DNA from: Selaginella moellendorffii
Lineage: Eukaryota; Plantae; Lycopodiophyta
DNA length: 64,000 nucleotides
Direction: 5' to 3'
NCBI RefSeq assembly: GCF_000143415.4
Contig: NW_003314280.1
Span: forward strand, 248,001-312,000
Part shown: one piece after another, positions 22,275-36,239 of the stretch
How the letters are laid out: each line of letters begins with the position of its first letter
How positions within the stretch are numbered: the stretch's first letter is position 1
Notes under the pieces: model-generated
What the model was told of the DNA's origin: nothing
The model's input: the letters and a program-made list of their open reading frames with translations, nothing else
Databases searched by the model: none
Made by a program: the position numbers and the translations under genes

Positions 22275-25115
22275 TCAAGACAACAGCTTCGCTAACATGC
22301 GAAGGCTTGGGGTCGAAGACCTGGCAAGAAAAGAAAAGACAAAAAACAAACACGAGTGAATGAATGAATGCCATGAAATGTGCACCTGTTATCTGGAATC
22401 AAAGCCAAATAAGACTTTAAGTTGGACTTGAGCGATGGGTATCGGTTAAGACATGCCAGACAACCTGGAGACATGGAAATCAAACAACCTGACATGAGCT
22501 CTAATGGTTTCTTTAACAAGGAAAAGAGATCAAAGAATCGACCTGAAACGATCATGTCCATCAAATCTTCCTCCTCTGCTGCTTCACCCTGAATTTGAAA
22601 GCCGGGGAGTAAATGGTGGCAAACTCTACGCTTGGAAAGTGTAAGATGATACCTGATAACAGCGCTGTAAGCACTTGCCAACAAGGGTATAGATTCTCTC
22701 CAGCTCGGAGGCTTCCAGGCAGTCTTTCAGAGCGCCTTCATCCGTCATATCCAACACTGATGTGCAGAAACACGTCGCCATTGCACTCTCCATATTTTGG
22801 TCGGTTTTCACTGCAAACAAAACGATATAAGAAACATGTTGGCACTTGAAAAAAATGTACTTACAGGCCCAAGAGACGATCTCACGCAGCGCTGGAACAA
22901 AGTCCACAAAGCTAGGCTCGTGAATCAAGCTGTTTTTCTGGTGTCATGTCATCGATAAAAAGCTAGTAAGCCATCGAGCTTCTTGTTATTTCCTAAGTCA
23001 CCTTTTGCAGCACATTGAGAAGAATGTCGAGTGCTTCAACGATCAAAACCTCATCTCGGTTTTTCAGTGAAGTAACGATGAACGATACTATCTGAGACAA
23101 GACGTTTTTAAGTGGTTTTACAAACGCAATGACATGAACCTGCTTGTGTCCTCCTGATGATACCAGTGCCTCACAACCATCCTCAGCCATAGTAACCTGC
23201 AGCAATGCAGGCACCAGAAACTGCACGGCGTAGTAGGGGCTGCAAGCATTGCAGTAAGACATCTATAGAACCGAGTATTGGAGGAAAAAAAAAACTTGCC
23301 TTGTTTCATTGTCTGGAGTGACTGATAGAAGAAAGCTAAGAAGTTTCAGGAAACGTGTGTTGTGTGCGGATGGAGCCTCGGCCAAGTATCTTACCAAAAT
23401 CTTGTTCAGTTCACTTGTCGAGAATCTTTCTGGAAACAAATTGCTCACCGGCCAAGAAGCCGAACGGAACTTATTACTTCGTCCCCTTGATGGACACCAT
23501 TGTCCTGCCAAAGAAAAAGTAACAAAATAAAAAAGAAAGATGACGATCAGACAAGCAGAGAAAGAACAACCTTTGCGGCTTCCAGGTATTCCAACAGAAT
23601 ACCAGCTATGTCATCTAATGCAGAAACTATCTTCTGCAAGGAACTTGCATTCACCTTGATGGAAGCCTCTGCAAGAATGAGAATTCGCAATAAATCCTGA
23701 GAAACAAAGAAGAGCTGAATACCTTCCTGCGAGGTGAAGTTGATGATATTTTCAACAAGAGAGTAGTAAACAGCTAAACTGCGCTGCTTCTCAATATCCT
23801 GGCCACTGGAACTGCTAGAAACGTGTAGAACATCACCAAGTACGATGGGAATTTCTACTCGCAGAGACTCCACCACGAGGAAAAGAAACCTGACTCAGGG
23901 ATTCATCAACTTCTGAAGCGTAAACCAAATACAATCGCACTTACCTGTCAGAAGAAGAGCTTGATACCTCTGTGTCAGGAAAGTTGATGTTTCCAACAAG
24001 CCACGAACCTCCCAAATGCTCCACCATTTGCTCAGCCACCTCCAGAGCTCCTTTCCGGTGTTCTGGTGCTGCATTTAGTTTATAGTATTAGAAGACCGCA
24101 TGGAGTTTGCCTTATTCTACGAACATACAAACACGACTGTGAAGTATTTGACCCAGTCCTGTGCGCACATCGTCGGCCCATGAAAGACTTGCACAGTTCG
24201 TACTCAGCACCGCTTTTGTATTGGACTGCAAAAGGTAAAGAAAATAAATAAATAGCAGCGGTTGTTGTAAACACGAGCTATAACTTACAGAGACCAAAAG
24301 CAATTTCAACACTTCCATCACTTCAAACTTCCCGAGATTTTGCTGCAACGACAGATGCCTCGACAAAGGAGGGACAACCGATGCTAGTTCTTGCGCGTAT
24401 TCCGAAGTTTTGCCCTCCATAGTTAGCCTTGTCACCAAGAAATACAAGAGCTTCACAACCGCCACAACCTCTTGAGCTTCTGTAACGATGAAGGCAAACA
24501 TAAAGAAGAACTAAGTATCTAGTCTTGAAAGGAACACAGAGATACCTGGCGCAGCATTTTGGAGAAGGCTGCCAATGGCTTGAAAAACTCTCGACTGGCA
24601 AACAGCTACAAAGCCTTTGTCTGAAGCTGCGGCAATTCCCAACAAGCACTCGCTAGCATCAACAGAAACGTCCCTGGGCTTTTCGATTCAGTAGAAGAAA
24701 AACGAGAGAAAGAGGGAAGAAACGTACTTGGCGCTAAGCACCTCCACGTAAACGGGAACTTTATCGATGACATCGCTCGAAGATGCAAGCTCGGGAATCC
24801 TACAAAATGCGGCGAGTATAGAAATGCCGAGCTTGAGATAGTCATGCTGCTGCATTTCTTTCTCGTGCGTGGCAAAATGCCCCAGGCCTACGCAAATCCT
24901 CTCTTTAGAACGAACAATTCTACAACGGAGCGAGAAAACGAAGTACCTGTTCTCAAGAGGCGATCGACGAACTGGAAGCCGATGGCGTCAAACACCTCGT
25001 GGACGGCTTGCGCATCGCCTCCGGACACAAACTTGGTGGCGAGAAGCAGACCCACCAGGCGCTGCTCATCGTTGCTCCCGCGCAGGAGCTTGAGGCATTC
25101 GTCCAAGCTCGCCAT
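22275..25115 (-). CDS. NCDN: Neurochondrin family (ARM-repeat) protein, multi-exon
   Basis: N-terminus MASLDECLKLLRGSNDEQRLVGLLLATK...FDAIGFQFVDRLLRTG; LVVESLRVEI; last exon SSTPSLRMLAKLLS*. Telo-box next to the ATG. Confidence 0.88.
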
Positions 25116-25414
25116 AAACCCTAAACCCGCTCAAGACCTTCCTTGTAGGGCACAAAAATTTCGACACAGAATCGCGCACACGAAGAAGATTATATATAAA
25201 CCTTAACGTTAGGGTTCTAGGGATGACATGTTGTGCATCGCAAGAGTAGTGATCGTTGCGCTTTATCCGGAACAATCGATGACCCATCACGAGGAGAAAA
25301 AATCAAAGCTCAGGATTCTGTTGACTACTCTCCCTCTTTCTACCCTAAGGAAGGTCTTCCTGTTTGGCGCGAAATGTGTGATTGTTGTTTTTCCTTTGTA
25401 GAATTTCTCGTGAG

Positions 25415-25865
25415 GAGGAAGACAAATTCTTGGGAACATTGGGCCCAGGGAATGGCGATGCGCTGGAACTCTTTACCTTGGAAGGAAACAATTACTGCCC
25501 CGCTACTTCTAATACAATCTTGAAAACGTCCAGATATTCATCTTTGAGGAGCTGAAAAGCTCGTTTCAACGCATGGAGAATTACATTCAATTCAAACTTC
25601 CAATTTGTTTTCTATGCTCTGGAAATAGGCTTCCTTTCATCGGGAAAACATGCTGACCTCGGAATTTCCTCGAGGCCGAATGATATGGATGTCACACCTG
25701 TCAAACTCTACCTGCAGTGAGAATTGCTTTACAAGCACAGGAGAGCTCCAGCCGAGGACTAAAGTCGAATCCCCATATCCAAATTCAACGATGGTATTGC
25801 AATACTCACTTAGACGAGTTTGCCAGTGTCTACATTCACCGTCCAGACATGAAGCCAGCCTACAA
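25415..25865 (-). pseudogene. 3' fragment (last exon plus flank) of a WUN1/SnoaL-like gene; duplicate of 33448-33975
   Basis: Shared actaaagtcgaatcccca..tccaaattcaa.gatggtattgcaatactcacttag and ttctatgctctggaaatagg. Confidence 0.8.
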
Positions 25866-26673
25866 GTAACCTCAAAGGGCCCTTACAACCTTTTCTTGCT
25901 GGTGAGAAATATTTTTAGGATTATATGTATTGTAAAGCATATATATAGAATATTTAACTATATTTTAGAATATTCCTCAATTCAACCGTCTATAAAAGAA
26001 TTAGAGAAAAGTTTTTGTGTTTAAGTTTTTAGCTTAAAGCAAAAGTAAAATGGCACTTAGCCTCATGACTGTACTCTCTTGAAGGGTGTTAAATTTAAAT
26101 TGAGCCAGCCAAATCTGAATTCTTACTAATTGCAATCACACTAACTTAACATATGTGGGCAGGCTCCATCTATGGACCCATGTGCTAGATATTCATCCGA
26201 GAGCTCATGGATGTTTAGCAGCATATTCCATACAGATCTGAGGTCTTGGATCTCATAATCTGGCTTAATGTCTTCTAAGAAATTCGTATAGGATGGATCC
26301 TTCCCTATGACTCCAATAATTAACCATTCTAAGAATCCTTTATTGAGTGCATGAATCCAGCTATTTAGAAGTAATGGACCAGTAACTAAATTATTGAGTA
26401 ATCCCTTTGTGAAAACCCTTAAGGATTTTTTCTCCAGCTTAAGGTATTTTATAATGGTCACATTGCACATCATAGCATCAGAGCTCTTGATAGGGAAGCC
26501 CAAGGAATGGATTATGATTGAGATCCTAGAACTCAAGTGGGAGATGGCTTATCTTCCATTTTTGTGTTGCATGTCATTTTATTCATTTTTTAGAATCTTT
26601 GTCATTAAAAATTAAAATTTAGGGCGATGAAGCTAGCTTTAAGAACTCAAAAGTTGGTTAAATATTATCCTTT

Positions 26674-29600
26674 TGTGAGGTCTAAGTGTATAGTTATAAT
26701 GCCGTATATTAATATTAACATAGTGAGATTTTGATAGCTATCGGATTAGATTCAATCCGAACTATATAAATTAAGGTTTTTGAGCTAATTGATATACATA
26801 TTTTTTTATTTTATTTTTATATCTATACACTCACATTGGTGGAGTTGAGGGACAATTTTGATTGTCCCTAAAGAGTGTTTGGATTTGGGATTTTGGTTTA
26901 GATTTATATCTTTTTCAATTTCTTTTCTTTCATTTTTCCTTTTCATTCATCTTCATGGTAGAGTAACAACCTCTTCCTCTAACTCTAGAACAGTAGTTTA
27001 ATGCACAATTGCAATTGAACAATTATATTCAATTGATAATGGCATTCACAGTGCATAGTGCAACTTCTCTTACTCTTGTTATTAACCTTTGTGTCTGATT
27101 AGAATTCTTTTATGGGAATGATGTGTACTATTGATTTGATCACTTTACAGTGATTGTCACATATCATTCTTGGGATGATACTCAGTGTTTGTGTGAGTTT
27201 CCCACGTGTCTCCAAAAGACACCATTGCAATAGTATAATAGTTTAAGTGCAACCACTCATGCAAATTGGAGCATTCTCCTGGATCACTTCTTCCACTTTT
27301 TATTGCATATCGTTTAACTCCACTTCCTATAGGAGATAATTATGTTCCAATGGAGGTTGATATTTTTATTACCCAATATAGTGCACCCTATTTGTCTCTT
27401 CTTAAGCCAATTGAAAAAGTGGCAATTGTTTAATGAGAGAGCCCTTAATTACTATTTTATCCTCATTTATCCCGAAGGTTCTACGGTGATAGTATATCCA
27501 AATCTCATCCCATTATCATATACATTATACTACCCCCTCTTCAAATATGTGAATATCCTCATTGACTATTGACTAGCAACCTTTATTGAACAAAGGGGAA
27601 CCAATACCTCTATTTCCACACTAAAAATCTATCAATCATTTTATTGTGTAAACAAGTTATTTCATATGAAGTAACTAGTTATTCACTCATATCATAGTCC
27701 CACAGTGGCATCCACAAAATACTCATGGATGCCCAATACATATGATTTCAAATTTAGAAGTAAGAATATACTTTACTTAAAGGTATATTATATTTCTTCA
27801 ATACCATATGTAACACACCCTATCTCTCTCCCCTTAAGTCAACTAGAAAATGAGCAATTGTTTAATAAGAGAGTCTGTAGTGACTATTTTATCCTCATTT
27901 ATCCCCTAACATTTCAAGGATCTACAATAATAGTATATATTCAAATTTCATCCTATGATTACATGTGCTACACTTAAATTTAAGGATAAGGGTAAGGATG
28001 TGGTTGTGGCCATGATGTCATTTGTGATGAAGTTGGTCACACCTGTCGGCATTGTCAATGTTTTCTCGATTAGCAACTTCCATCTCTTATATGGAGATCT
28101 TGGCATTAACAACATTTTGTTGGTGCTATTTCAATAGAAGTTCTAGACACTAAGATGCTTTTATGAAACAAAGAGTCATGTGAGTAGTGGAGAGTTCTTG
28201 TATGAATAAGTTAATGACTCTTTCATTTTTTTTTGGAAATATCATTAAGGGGTTCACTTAGCACTAATTCATCCAGTGGTTACTTTCTAAATTCATTTTT
28301 ATAACGAATTTCCTATTATTCTCTCCGTGTTAGTTGATACAAATTTGAGTTTATTTTCTATTGCTCAAATTGTTGCCATATGTTGCTATCTACATTTGCA
28401 TCGTGCGATAGAGCCAATTTTCATTCTTTATGGAAACAGCCACACATATGCATATGTATGGGATGAGGCAAACCTATTTATTATTGAAGTAAAAAAAGTT
28501 TAAAAAAAGTAAATCGGTTCATTATTAAAGTAAAAAAACTTGGTTAGTCATATTACTTAGTAGGCTTTAAAGCTTCAAATATATGATTTCGGTATTATTT
28601 ATCACACAGGGAGTTATATACCTAATGCCTTTGATTTTTATTCCACACTTTTTCCACACCTACCATGATTCTCTTATTCTTAGCAGGCATATGGGATCAT
28701 ATGGGATATTATTATATGATTGAGAAGCTACACAAATCTTTCTATTAGTTAGAAATGCAATATGATGTTATCTGATATATACGTAGTCACGTTTGGTGCC
28801 AAACTCATATATTCCCATTCTTACTATGAAAGGATGATTGGAGTCAATTATAATTTCATATTCGTTTGAGTTTGTGACGTTTGATTTGATAGGGCTTTTT
28901 TTATGGCTGATTACTAGCAATGAATATGTCATTATTACTTCTGATTAATTAATTTGTTAGGTGGAAGTTGGTGCTCTTGATAGTGCATTTGCTATTGCTA
29001 TTAAATACTTCCTCCTCAATTAAATAATGTTTTAGCATTTCTGTCTAGAGCAAATTCTTTTAGATAATAGTCCCACATTTATAGCTAAGACATTTCATAT
29101 TTTAACATTTTGGTTTGGAATACACCACACTTTCCCAAGTGATTATCATCCATAGTTATATGGTTTGGTGGAATGGCTCATTTGTAATTTCAAAGGATGA
29201 TCATAAAATACATAAACTTTCAATATTCAGATTATAATGGTTATTTGCTATCTCTTTTATATGGGTGTAAAGTTCTATTAGTGCTTCACCATATAAATTG
29301 TTATATGATTATGATCCAATACTACCAACAAAGTTGAATTTACTTTTGCGACTGCCACAAGTTGCTGATGCTATATCTTGGGATCAATATTTTATGAACA
29401 TTCTTCCAAGTAGAGTTTACCAAACACCTAGGCCATATACAAATGGAACAACAATAATGTTATAACTCCCATCATTCTTTATCTGTGGAATTCAAAGGGG
29501 ATGACTTAGTATTAATTTATTTTCTCAATCTTACAGTATATGATTTATCTAAAGAACTCCTTCCTCAATGGAAGGGATTGTATTAGATGTTTGTGGTAAG

Positions 29601-29993
29601 TTAGACTTGAAATTTATGAGGTTTAGCATGATGTCTAACAAATGGATCCTCTAGAAATTGTGCATATATAATGGCTAAAATGTTTTGTACAAAAGGATCT
29701 TGAACAATTAACATCACCTATAGATTCACCAATGCCTCCTTTTGATATTTCTTTAAATTTTAGCTTATCCACCAAAGAACATTGACTATCTTTCATCCTT
29801 CCAAGAGATGGGAATGATGTGAGGTTCAAGTGTACAATTATAATGTTATATACTAATATTAGTGTAGTGGGATTTTAATAACCATTAAATTAATTTCAAT
29901 CTAGACCACTCTCTTTCTATTTATAAACTAAGGTTTTTAGGTTAATTTATATGCACATTTTTGTATTCTATTTCCATATTCCATGCATTCACA
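26674..29993 (+). mobile_element. Degenerate LTR retrotransposon with short LTRs (26674-26835, 29818-29993)
   Basis: Both LTRs run TGTGAGG...TCACA and align. PBS-like TGGTGGAGTTGAGG at 26837; purine tract before 29818; CTTT on both flanks; integrase relics (ASPYKLLYDYDPILP, PQWKG) at ~29280-29590. Confidence 0.8.
27377..27972 (-). mobile_element. TRIM-like miniature LTR element nested in the previous element
   Basis: Direct repeats 27377-27529 and 27809-27972 (TGTAAC...GCTACA). On the - strand a PBS-like TGGTATTGAAG and a PPT AAGAGGGGGTAG abut the repeats; ~280 bp non-coding interior. Confidence 0.65.
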
Positions 29994-31029
29994 CTTTTGT
30001 ACTTTCAAGTTTCAAATATTTAATAAAAATTAGGTACAAATGATTTTAAGAATTAATAAATATTCTTTACATCAAAGTAAACTGCAGGAAATTATTCTAG
30101 AATGGTTTGCAAGAAGTTTCTATAATATTTCTTTAGAATATTATATTCATAAACCTCGATTTTAAAATTTTCCTTTTAAAATATTATATATCACATATAT
30201 ACCTCACACCTAAGCTAGGCAATTAAGGGGTAGTTTTGGTTAGTTTATGTCATTCTTTCACACCATTGAGATCCTAGGCTCATAGTTCTACTTAAATTGA
30301 TTTTGCAGACAGAACACAAATTTGATCCTTGCAACAAATATGTGAATTTCCAGTAGGCTTGTCTACATAGACTGATGGCACAGAGAAATTGCAAATTAAT
30401 GATATTTTTGCATTGTCTAGAGTCAAGGTTTTGCTATTGGGTTCTTTGTGTGAAACCTTAGTCCATGCACTGGGCTTGGCCACAATGCAGAACATGTTGT
30501 CATCATGTATATATACCATAAGAACTGTTTCTAGATGCCAACATCTAGCAAAGCAAGCAACTTGTGGTTGTAAAGGAAACACACATCTTTTTCTACACAC
30601 ACTGTTTTTGACATTTGCTTCGTATGGCTAAATCATAAGACCTTGTGGTGGCATTATTGCTGGAATGATAGACCCTCCAGAACACAGAGGATAGTGACAT
30701 CTAGGCTCAGGTAGAGGTGGTACAAGAGGAGGCTAGGTAGTAGTGATCTCCATGTAGCTTGTGCTCTTTGCGGCTTGTGACAGCCAACCACCACCTCTGC
30801 CAGCATTTGCATCTAGGGCTACTTGCAAGTTGGACAACTCATGTAGATTTATTGATCTTGAGAAATCTTTGCTGAGATATGCTCCTCAATTGTCCTTAGC
30901 TGATGCTACACTACCAACCTACACTCCACACACTAGTGCCATCAAACAAGGAATCCCCCCACCCCAGCCAAAGATTCCCTTTAATCCCCTACTCCAGAAA
31001 AAAGGAAACCAAAACATTCTGACTTTCCA

Positions 31030-33300
31030 TTTTATTCTTGAGCTTGCATCTGGCACTCAACATGATTTCGGTGACTAGTGCTCTTCGTCCCTGGAGTGCT
31101 GTCATCCAGGTAATGGTGGAATGTTTGATGGAGGAATGTGATAACAAGATAAGTGAGCTTCATTCGCCAGCCACTAAAATCCTCAAGCTTGACCGAGCTG
31201 TTCATATTCACTGTCTTCACTCGATAGGGATCAACCCACTAAAAGTCTTGCTGCGCAAATGCCAATCATACCACTTCTTCTTTTGACACTAGAAGGCTGC
31301 ACCAGCTTGGAAGGAGAGCAAGTTTCATCGAGCTTATCAAAGTCCTTCAACCTTTTCTTCATAGCTCCATCCCAATGCTTGATTTCTGTATGCAGTGAGG
31401 GAATTTCGAGCTCAAGAGGAAGAATTGCTTCTTGTCCATAGACAAGCTGAAACAGTGAGAACCGAGTTGGTACCTTGTAAACCACCCATAGAGCATAGGA
31501 GCTTCAAGTCCCAGTCACTAGCACTAACATTCCACAGCTTTGCCATGGTATCACAGAGAGCACTCAACTTGCCCATTCGCTCTCGGATGGTATGGTGTGG
31601 AACAACGATGGGAAATTCCATACTTGGACAGTAAGAGCAGTTATATATTATATTTGCATTTATAAAATGCGTGCCCCAATCAGTGACGAGCTCCAGTGGA
31701 CAGCCAAAACATGTGATGATGTTCTTCTAGAAGAACTCAGCAACCTTCTCTGTTATATCCATCCACCCACTTGGTCAATAGTCTATACTAATTCCTCTTA
31801 TTCGTGTTGGCTTGAACAGTCCCATAAATTCAATGCCCCACTTCTCAAAAGGAAGAGTTGGAATCAAAAGCATTGCATCCTAATGAGTGGGCCATCCAAT
31901 ACACTTCTAAGGAACGCAGCTTCTTACAAACTTCGCTATGTTCTACTGGAGAGTTGGCTACCAATATCCATCTTGAAGAAGAATCATAACAAGACTGCTT
32001 GAATTCTTGTGGTAAAATATAGTGCTGCAACACTTCATCTCAGCCCTTCTTGTAAAGTTGGCCCGCAATCAAAGTAAAAGCATGGGATTGGTACAAGAGC
32101 TGCTTCTATGCCACCTCATCATGTCTGGGAAAATTCACCAACTGCTAGAAACTCTGAAATTCCCTAGTACCACTCTGGAGCAACCTCAGCATGAGCTCCC
32201 TCCCTCTGGAATTTCTCAATTAGCCTCCAAAGAGAGCTGCATCTAGCAACTCATCCTTGACCCCTTCCTGCTCTGACTCTCCAGGTAGTCTCGACAAATG
32301 CTCGGGCAACAAGTGAGATTTTCATGGCTTAAGCATGATCTCAAACTCAAATTGTTGGAGGAGAAGAAGCCAGCAAGTAATCCTTTAGCTTATTGATGAG
32401 ATACTTGAGCATAGGTAAAACACAAATCAGAAGTAATAGCAATATTTGCTCATGGCAAAAGTCAGCCCTCTCAGTTGCTATATAATTCCTTTCGGCTCTA
32501 GACAACTACCAGCAAATTGGGTGATCCCAGCCATCATGTGGCTGGCAAAGAGCTGACACGTCCATATGAATATGGAATTAGCCAAGTGGCTTCAAAATAG
32601 GCGCAATTGTCAAAGCTAATCAAAAGAAACTTGGCATTTAGGAAAGGAGCATCCTTCCTTAACAAGATTGTCAAGGGAGAAGCTACATTGGCATAGTGCT
32701 AAATAAAACATCAATGATACCCAATGTGGCCCAGAAAAGCTTGAAGCTCTTTCACAGTTCTTGGGGGCCTTAGCTTTTTCAGAACCTTGATTTATAGCCA
32801 AGGCTTCAGCTGAGACTACCCTACCAAGAAGCGTGCATCTTGAAATTGTATTTTTTGAAATACCAAACTTCCAGCATCGCGGAAACACTACACTGGTAAC
32901 TTCCAAAAGTCAAAAAGTCAGAGGAAAACTTACACTCTCTTGTGAAGAAGAAGCCTGAAAGCTATAGTCACCACTTGATAAAAAGTAGCCGGTGTGTTGG
33001 TCAACCTGAATGGCATGACAAAGAAAATAAAGCAGCCCTACTCTGTAACAAATGCAGTCTTTTCTCTATCGTACGTGTATCTGGTTGTAGCAGCTAAAGC
33101 CGTCGATAAAGCTATAGAGTTCGTTGCATGTGACTGCATCGGTAAACAGAATGGGGAACCAAGTAATATCATTTAGTTTTCTATAGTTAACCCACAGTTT
33201 GGCATTCTTCTTCTGCACCACTATGATCAGCAAAAGCAATTCGTAGCCTCCCAAAAGGCCCTTCACCATTTAGGGTTCATGGACTATTTGTGATCCAGAT
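31030..33300 (-). mobile_element. Ty3/gypsy pol relic (RT-RNaseH-integrase)
   Basis: VVQKKNAKLWVNYRKLNDIT...YSFIDGFSCYNQI (RT), LLLLQQFEFEI (RNaseH), YKVPTRFSLFQLVYGQEAILPLELEIPSL (integrase). Many stops. Confidence 0.88.
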
Positions 33301-33737
33301 CTTGGTGGGTAGCAAGTATTCAAATGAGAACTTTGAAGTTGGAACTATCAATGACCGAAGAAAAAGTCAAAGTTAAAGATTCTCTAAGGAAGTAGAAATT
33401 TGAGTCAGGTATGTTTGTTATTTTCCTTTCTTTCTAGTCTCAAAAGTAGGAAGACAAATTCTTGGAGCTTGGAGCTGGACAATCTTTCCACAGCTTCACC
33501 TGGCAGCAAGGAAACAATTACTGGACAATATCGCCCCATTTGCTCTCTATCAGAAACAAGGATTTAATTTGGCAAAGTTTTTTTGCATCCAGAACGCCAC
33601 TTGAGAAGCTGAAATTCTCGTTTGAACGTATGAATACTTAGTTCGAACTTCCATTTTGTTTCTATGCTCTGGAAATAGGAAAGTAAACTAATTCCACTGT
33701 CAAACCCTATGTGCATGAAGAAAGGAAGAAAGGGAAT

Positions 33738-34753
33738 CTAATGCGCCGAGAACGCGAAAAAACCAAAAGCAATGCTCACTGCAGTAAGTTTCTGCGGTTC
33801 CTTATACATTGTTGGTATGACAAGCACAGGAAAACTTTTCTCCACGTCCGAACTCTGACCGAGAACTAAAGTCGAATCCCCACGTCCAAATTCAATGATG
33901 GTATTGCAATACTCACTTAGGTGTGTGAGTTTGCCAGTGTCAATATTCACGGTCCAGACATGAAGCCAGCCTGCACGTAAAGCTTCCAAGTCAGCTCACT
34001 CCTTGCTTCCTTGTCAGTACCTTGCCCTTGAGCTGCGGCTCTGGTTGAATCAATCCTGTGGATGTGATCCGGCACGAAAGAAACGCTGCCTATCCGCTTT
34101 TCTCCAGTCAGCAGCTTCATCATGTACTTGTTTGAAAGCCGAGGACCATGAAACCGCCATTCAATCTCGTCTGAAACAAGAGACTTGAGTGTGATCGCAT
34201 CCGCCGCCAACAATCTGTCATAGAATTGGACCACCAAGTCGACCTGTATGCCAAAAAGAAGGTTTTTCACAGATGGAAAGAAATTTTGTGAAAAGCTTTA
34301 CGCTTGCAGTATAATTTTTGAGTTTGTCTCGAGCCTCAGCTCCAACGGCGACATAGACACCTGAAGGAACGAACTCGTCTCCGCCGGAAACACTGGCATT
34401 TAGAGATAGTTCTGCCTAAAGAGGAGATTTTGCGGACGATATGGAAAATGAACATGTGGCTTACGAGCTGGCGTGTCGATTCCACAGCAATACTTAGTAC
34501 GACGTCGTCCAGAAACTCCTTGGTGTGCACTTCGTCACTCTGTGGAAATAAAAGGCAACAACTTCAGAAGATAGCGCTACTTGCTACTGCTCACCTTTAG
34601 ATCCTTCAAACGAGGCGTTTGGTTGATCAAAAGTTGTGCCAGATCGTCCGTTGTTATAAGATTTCGCGTTTCCCTCTGAATGGGAGTAAGCATTTTGAGC
34701 TCTGCAGCAAACTCCAAGCACCAGTGGCTCGTGTAAAATTTGCCCGTGACCAT
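33738..34753 (-). CDS. WUN1/SAG20-like (SnoaL/NTF2-fold) protein with ~116-aa N-terminal extension; 5 exons, ~267 aa
   Basis: Exons 34753-34595, 34539-34465, 34415-34302, 34243-34021 and 33970-33738 splice in frame. Motifs FYDRLL..EWRFHGP..MMKLLTG..SFVP..WLHVWTV..LSEYCNT. Confidence 0.75.
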
Positions 34754-36239
34754 GAAATTTGTGCATTAGACATATATATGTAGAAAAATGTAAGCGATCA
34801 CTCCACTCAGTATGTCATATTCATCCTGTTGGAGCACGCTCTTAGTCGATTCCCTCTTAGCAGTGTGACACACACTGTGCCATAAAAGGGACCTATAACT
34901 TATCACTATGATCCATAAGAGACTCGAAGAAATATCTCTGGAGACATTTCCTGACCGGATTTCAATTGAGTCGTCAGATGAATATAACTCGGTCTTTTGC
35001 TGGCATCATGATTTAGATAATATCTTAGCTTTCAGGGATCCAAAAACAAAGGTGACAGATATTTGGAGAAGAAACCCGCTTTTTCCGGGAAATCCTCGAT
35101 TCATCGATATTTTGTGGCTCCTAACACTGTGGGATTGATCAGGCACACGAATCTTTCAATGCGGATGCATGGGACAGGAAGAAAGAGGTGCTAGCACCTC
35201 CAAAAGTTAATCTCCCGCGCGTCAATGATTCGATCGACCTCATGACGAACAGCAGCATCTTGCTAACACCGGAAGAGAGAGGTAGTGTGGAAATTTACTA
35301 GAAAGAGGAAGCATTGAGACGCGCCTAGATTGCTGTTTTCTTCGTTATCTTGTGTTTCTAACGCTAAGAGAGTGATGATCCAAAGTAACTCTATTGTTTC
35401 CCTGCGAGTGTTTGCGACGGGACGAGAGAGGTATTTCTCCAAATATCGATCTCTCTTTTGCTGCAATATTGTCGGCCTTTGTAGTCCCAGTTTCGTTCGA
35501 TCGTGGCAAAAGACGCCGTCGTTTGCCTCACGATGCTGACGATTAGCTGAAAGACGTTTTTACTTTTGCTGACTTTACGTGTCACTAGATTACTCGGAAT
35601 CACGGACAAATTTATCAAAAACTGTGGTAAAAGGCTTCGAAATATTTGGCGCTACATTGCAGCCAACACGGGCCTGGCTGTGAGTTGATGTTAATTGAGA
35701 AAACTAACTAGTTTACGTTGAAATAGACATGGACTTCAAGCCTGATCCATCTAGTACCAAAGCTCGATTCGAACCTCTTATCAAGGCTTGAAAGTGAGTG
35801 ACGTTCTATCTCGATGATCTTCACTTGATTTTGCTGCATAGCATGGGAGTACAAGTCCCGAAGAGTTCGTTCGAGACTTGCTGGATGGAAAGTCTTTACC
35901 AAATCAATCCGCCATCTCGTAACTGAGTTTCTTGATATATGTCACTATTGAACGATTTTTTCGCAGTCAGCAGCGATTGCTATGGAGGCTTTCACAACGG
36001 AGGAGGACAGTCGAGAAATCACTTCGGGTAGCTCTAGATAGAACAATTTTCTAGCCATTTTGTGACATTGAAGTCGCCTGGCAATACAGGTCTCTTTCAA
36101 GTTGCCAGGGGGCTTCACATTTCATCAACTGTTACATCCAAAGGGCTTGCCGAAATTGCGGATGGAATAGAACAGCATGAACGTGACGTACTGGATTATG
36201 TTCTTTGCTCTGTCTAATGTTGTCGAACGCAGATCTCAC

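Noticed and set aside
26141-26536. 131-aa ORF
   Set aside because: Probably decayed retroelement sequence, but no diagnostic motif is visible.
34900-36200. Possible gene between the head-to-head WUN1-like copies
   Set aside because: Only short interrupted frames; no consistent exon model or family found.
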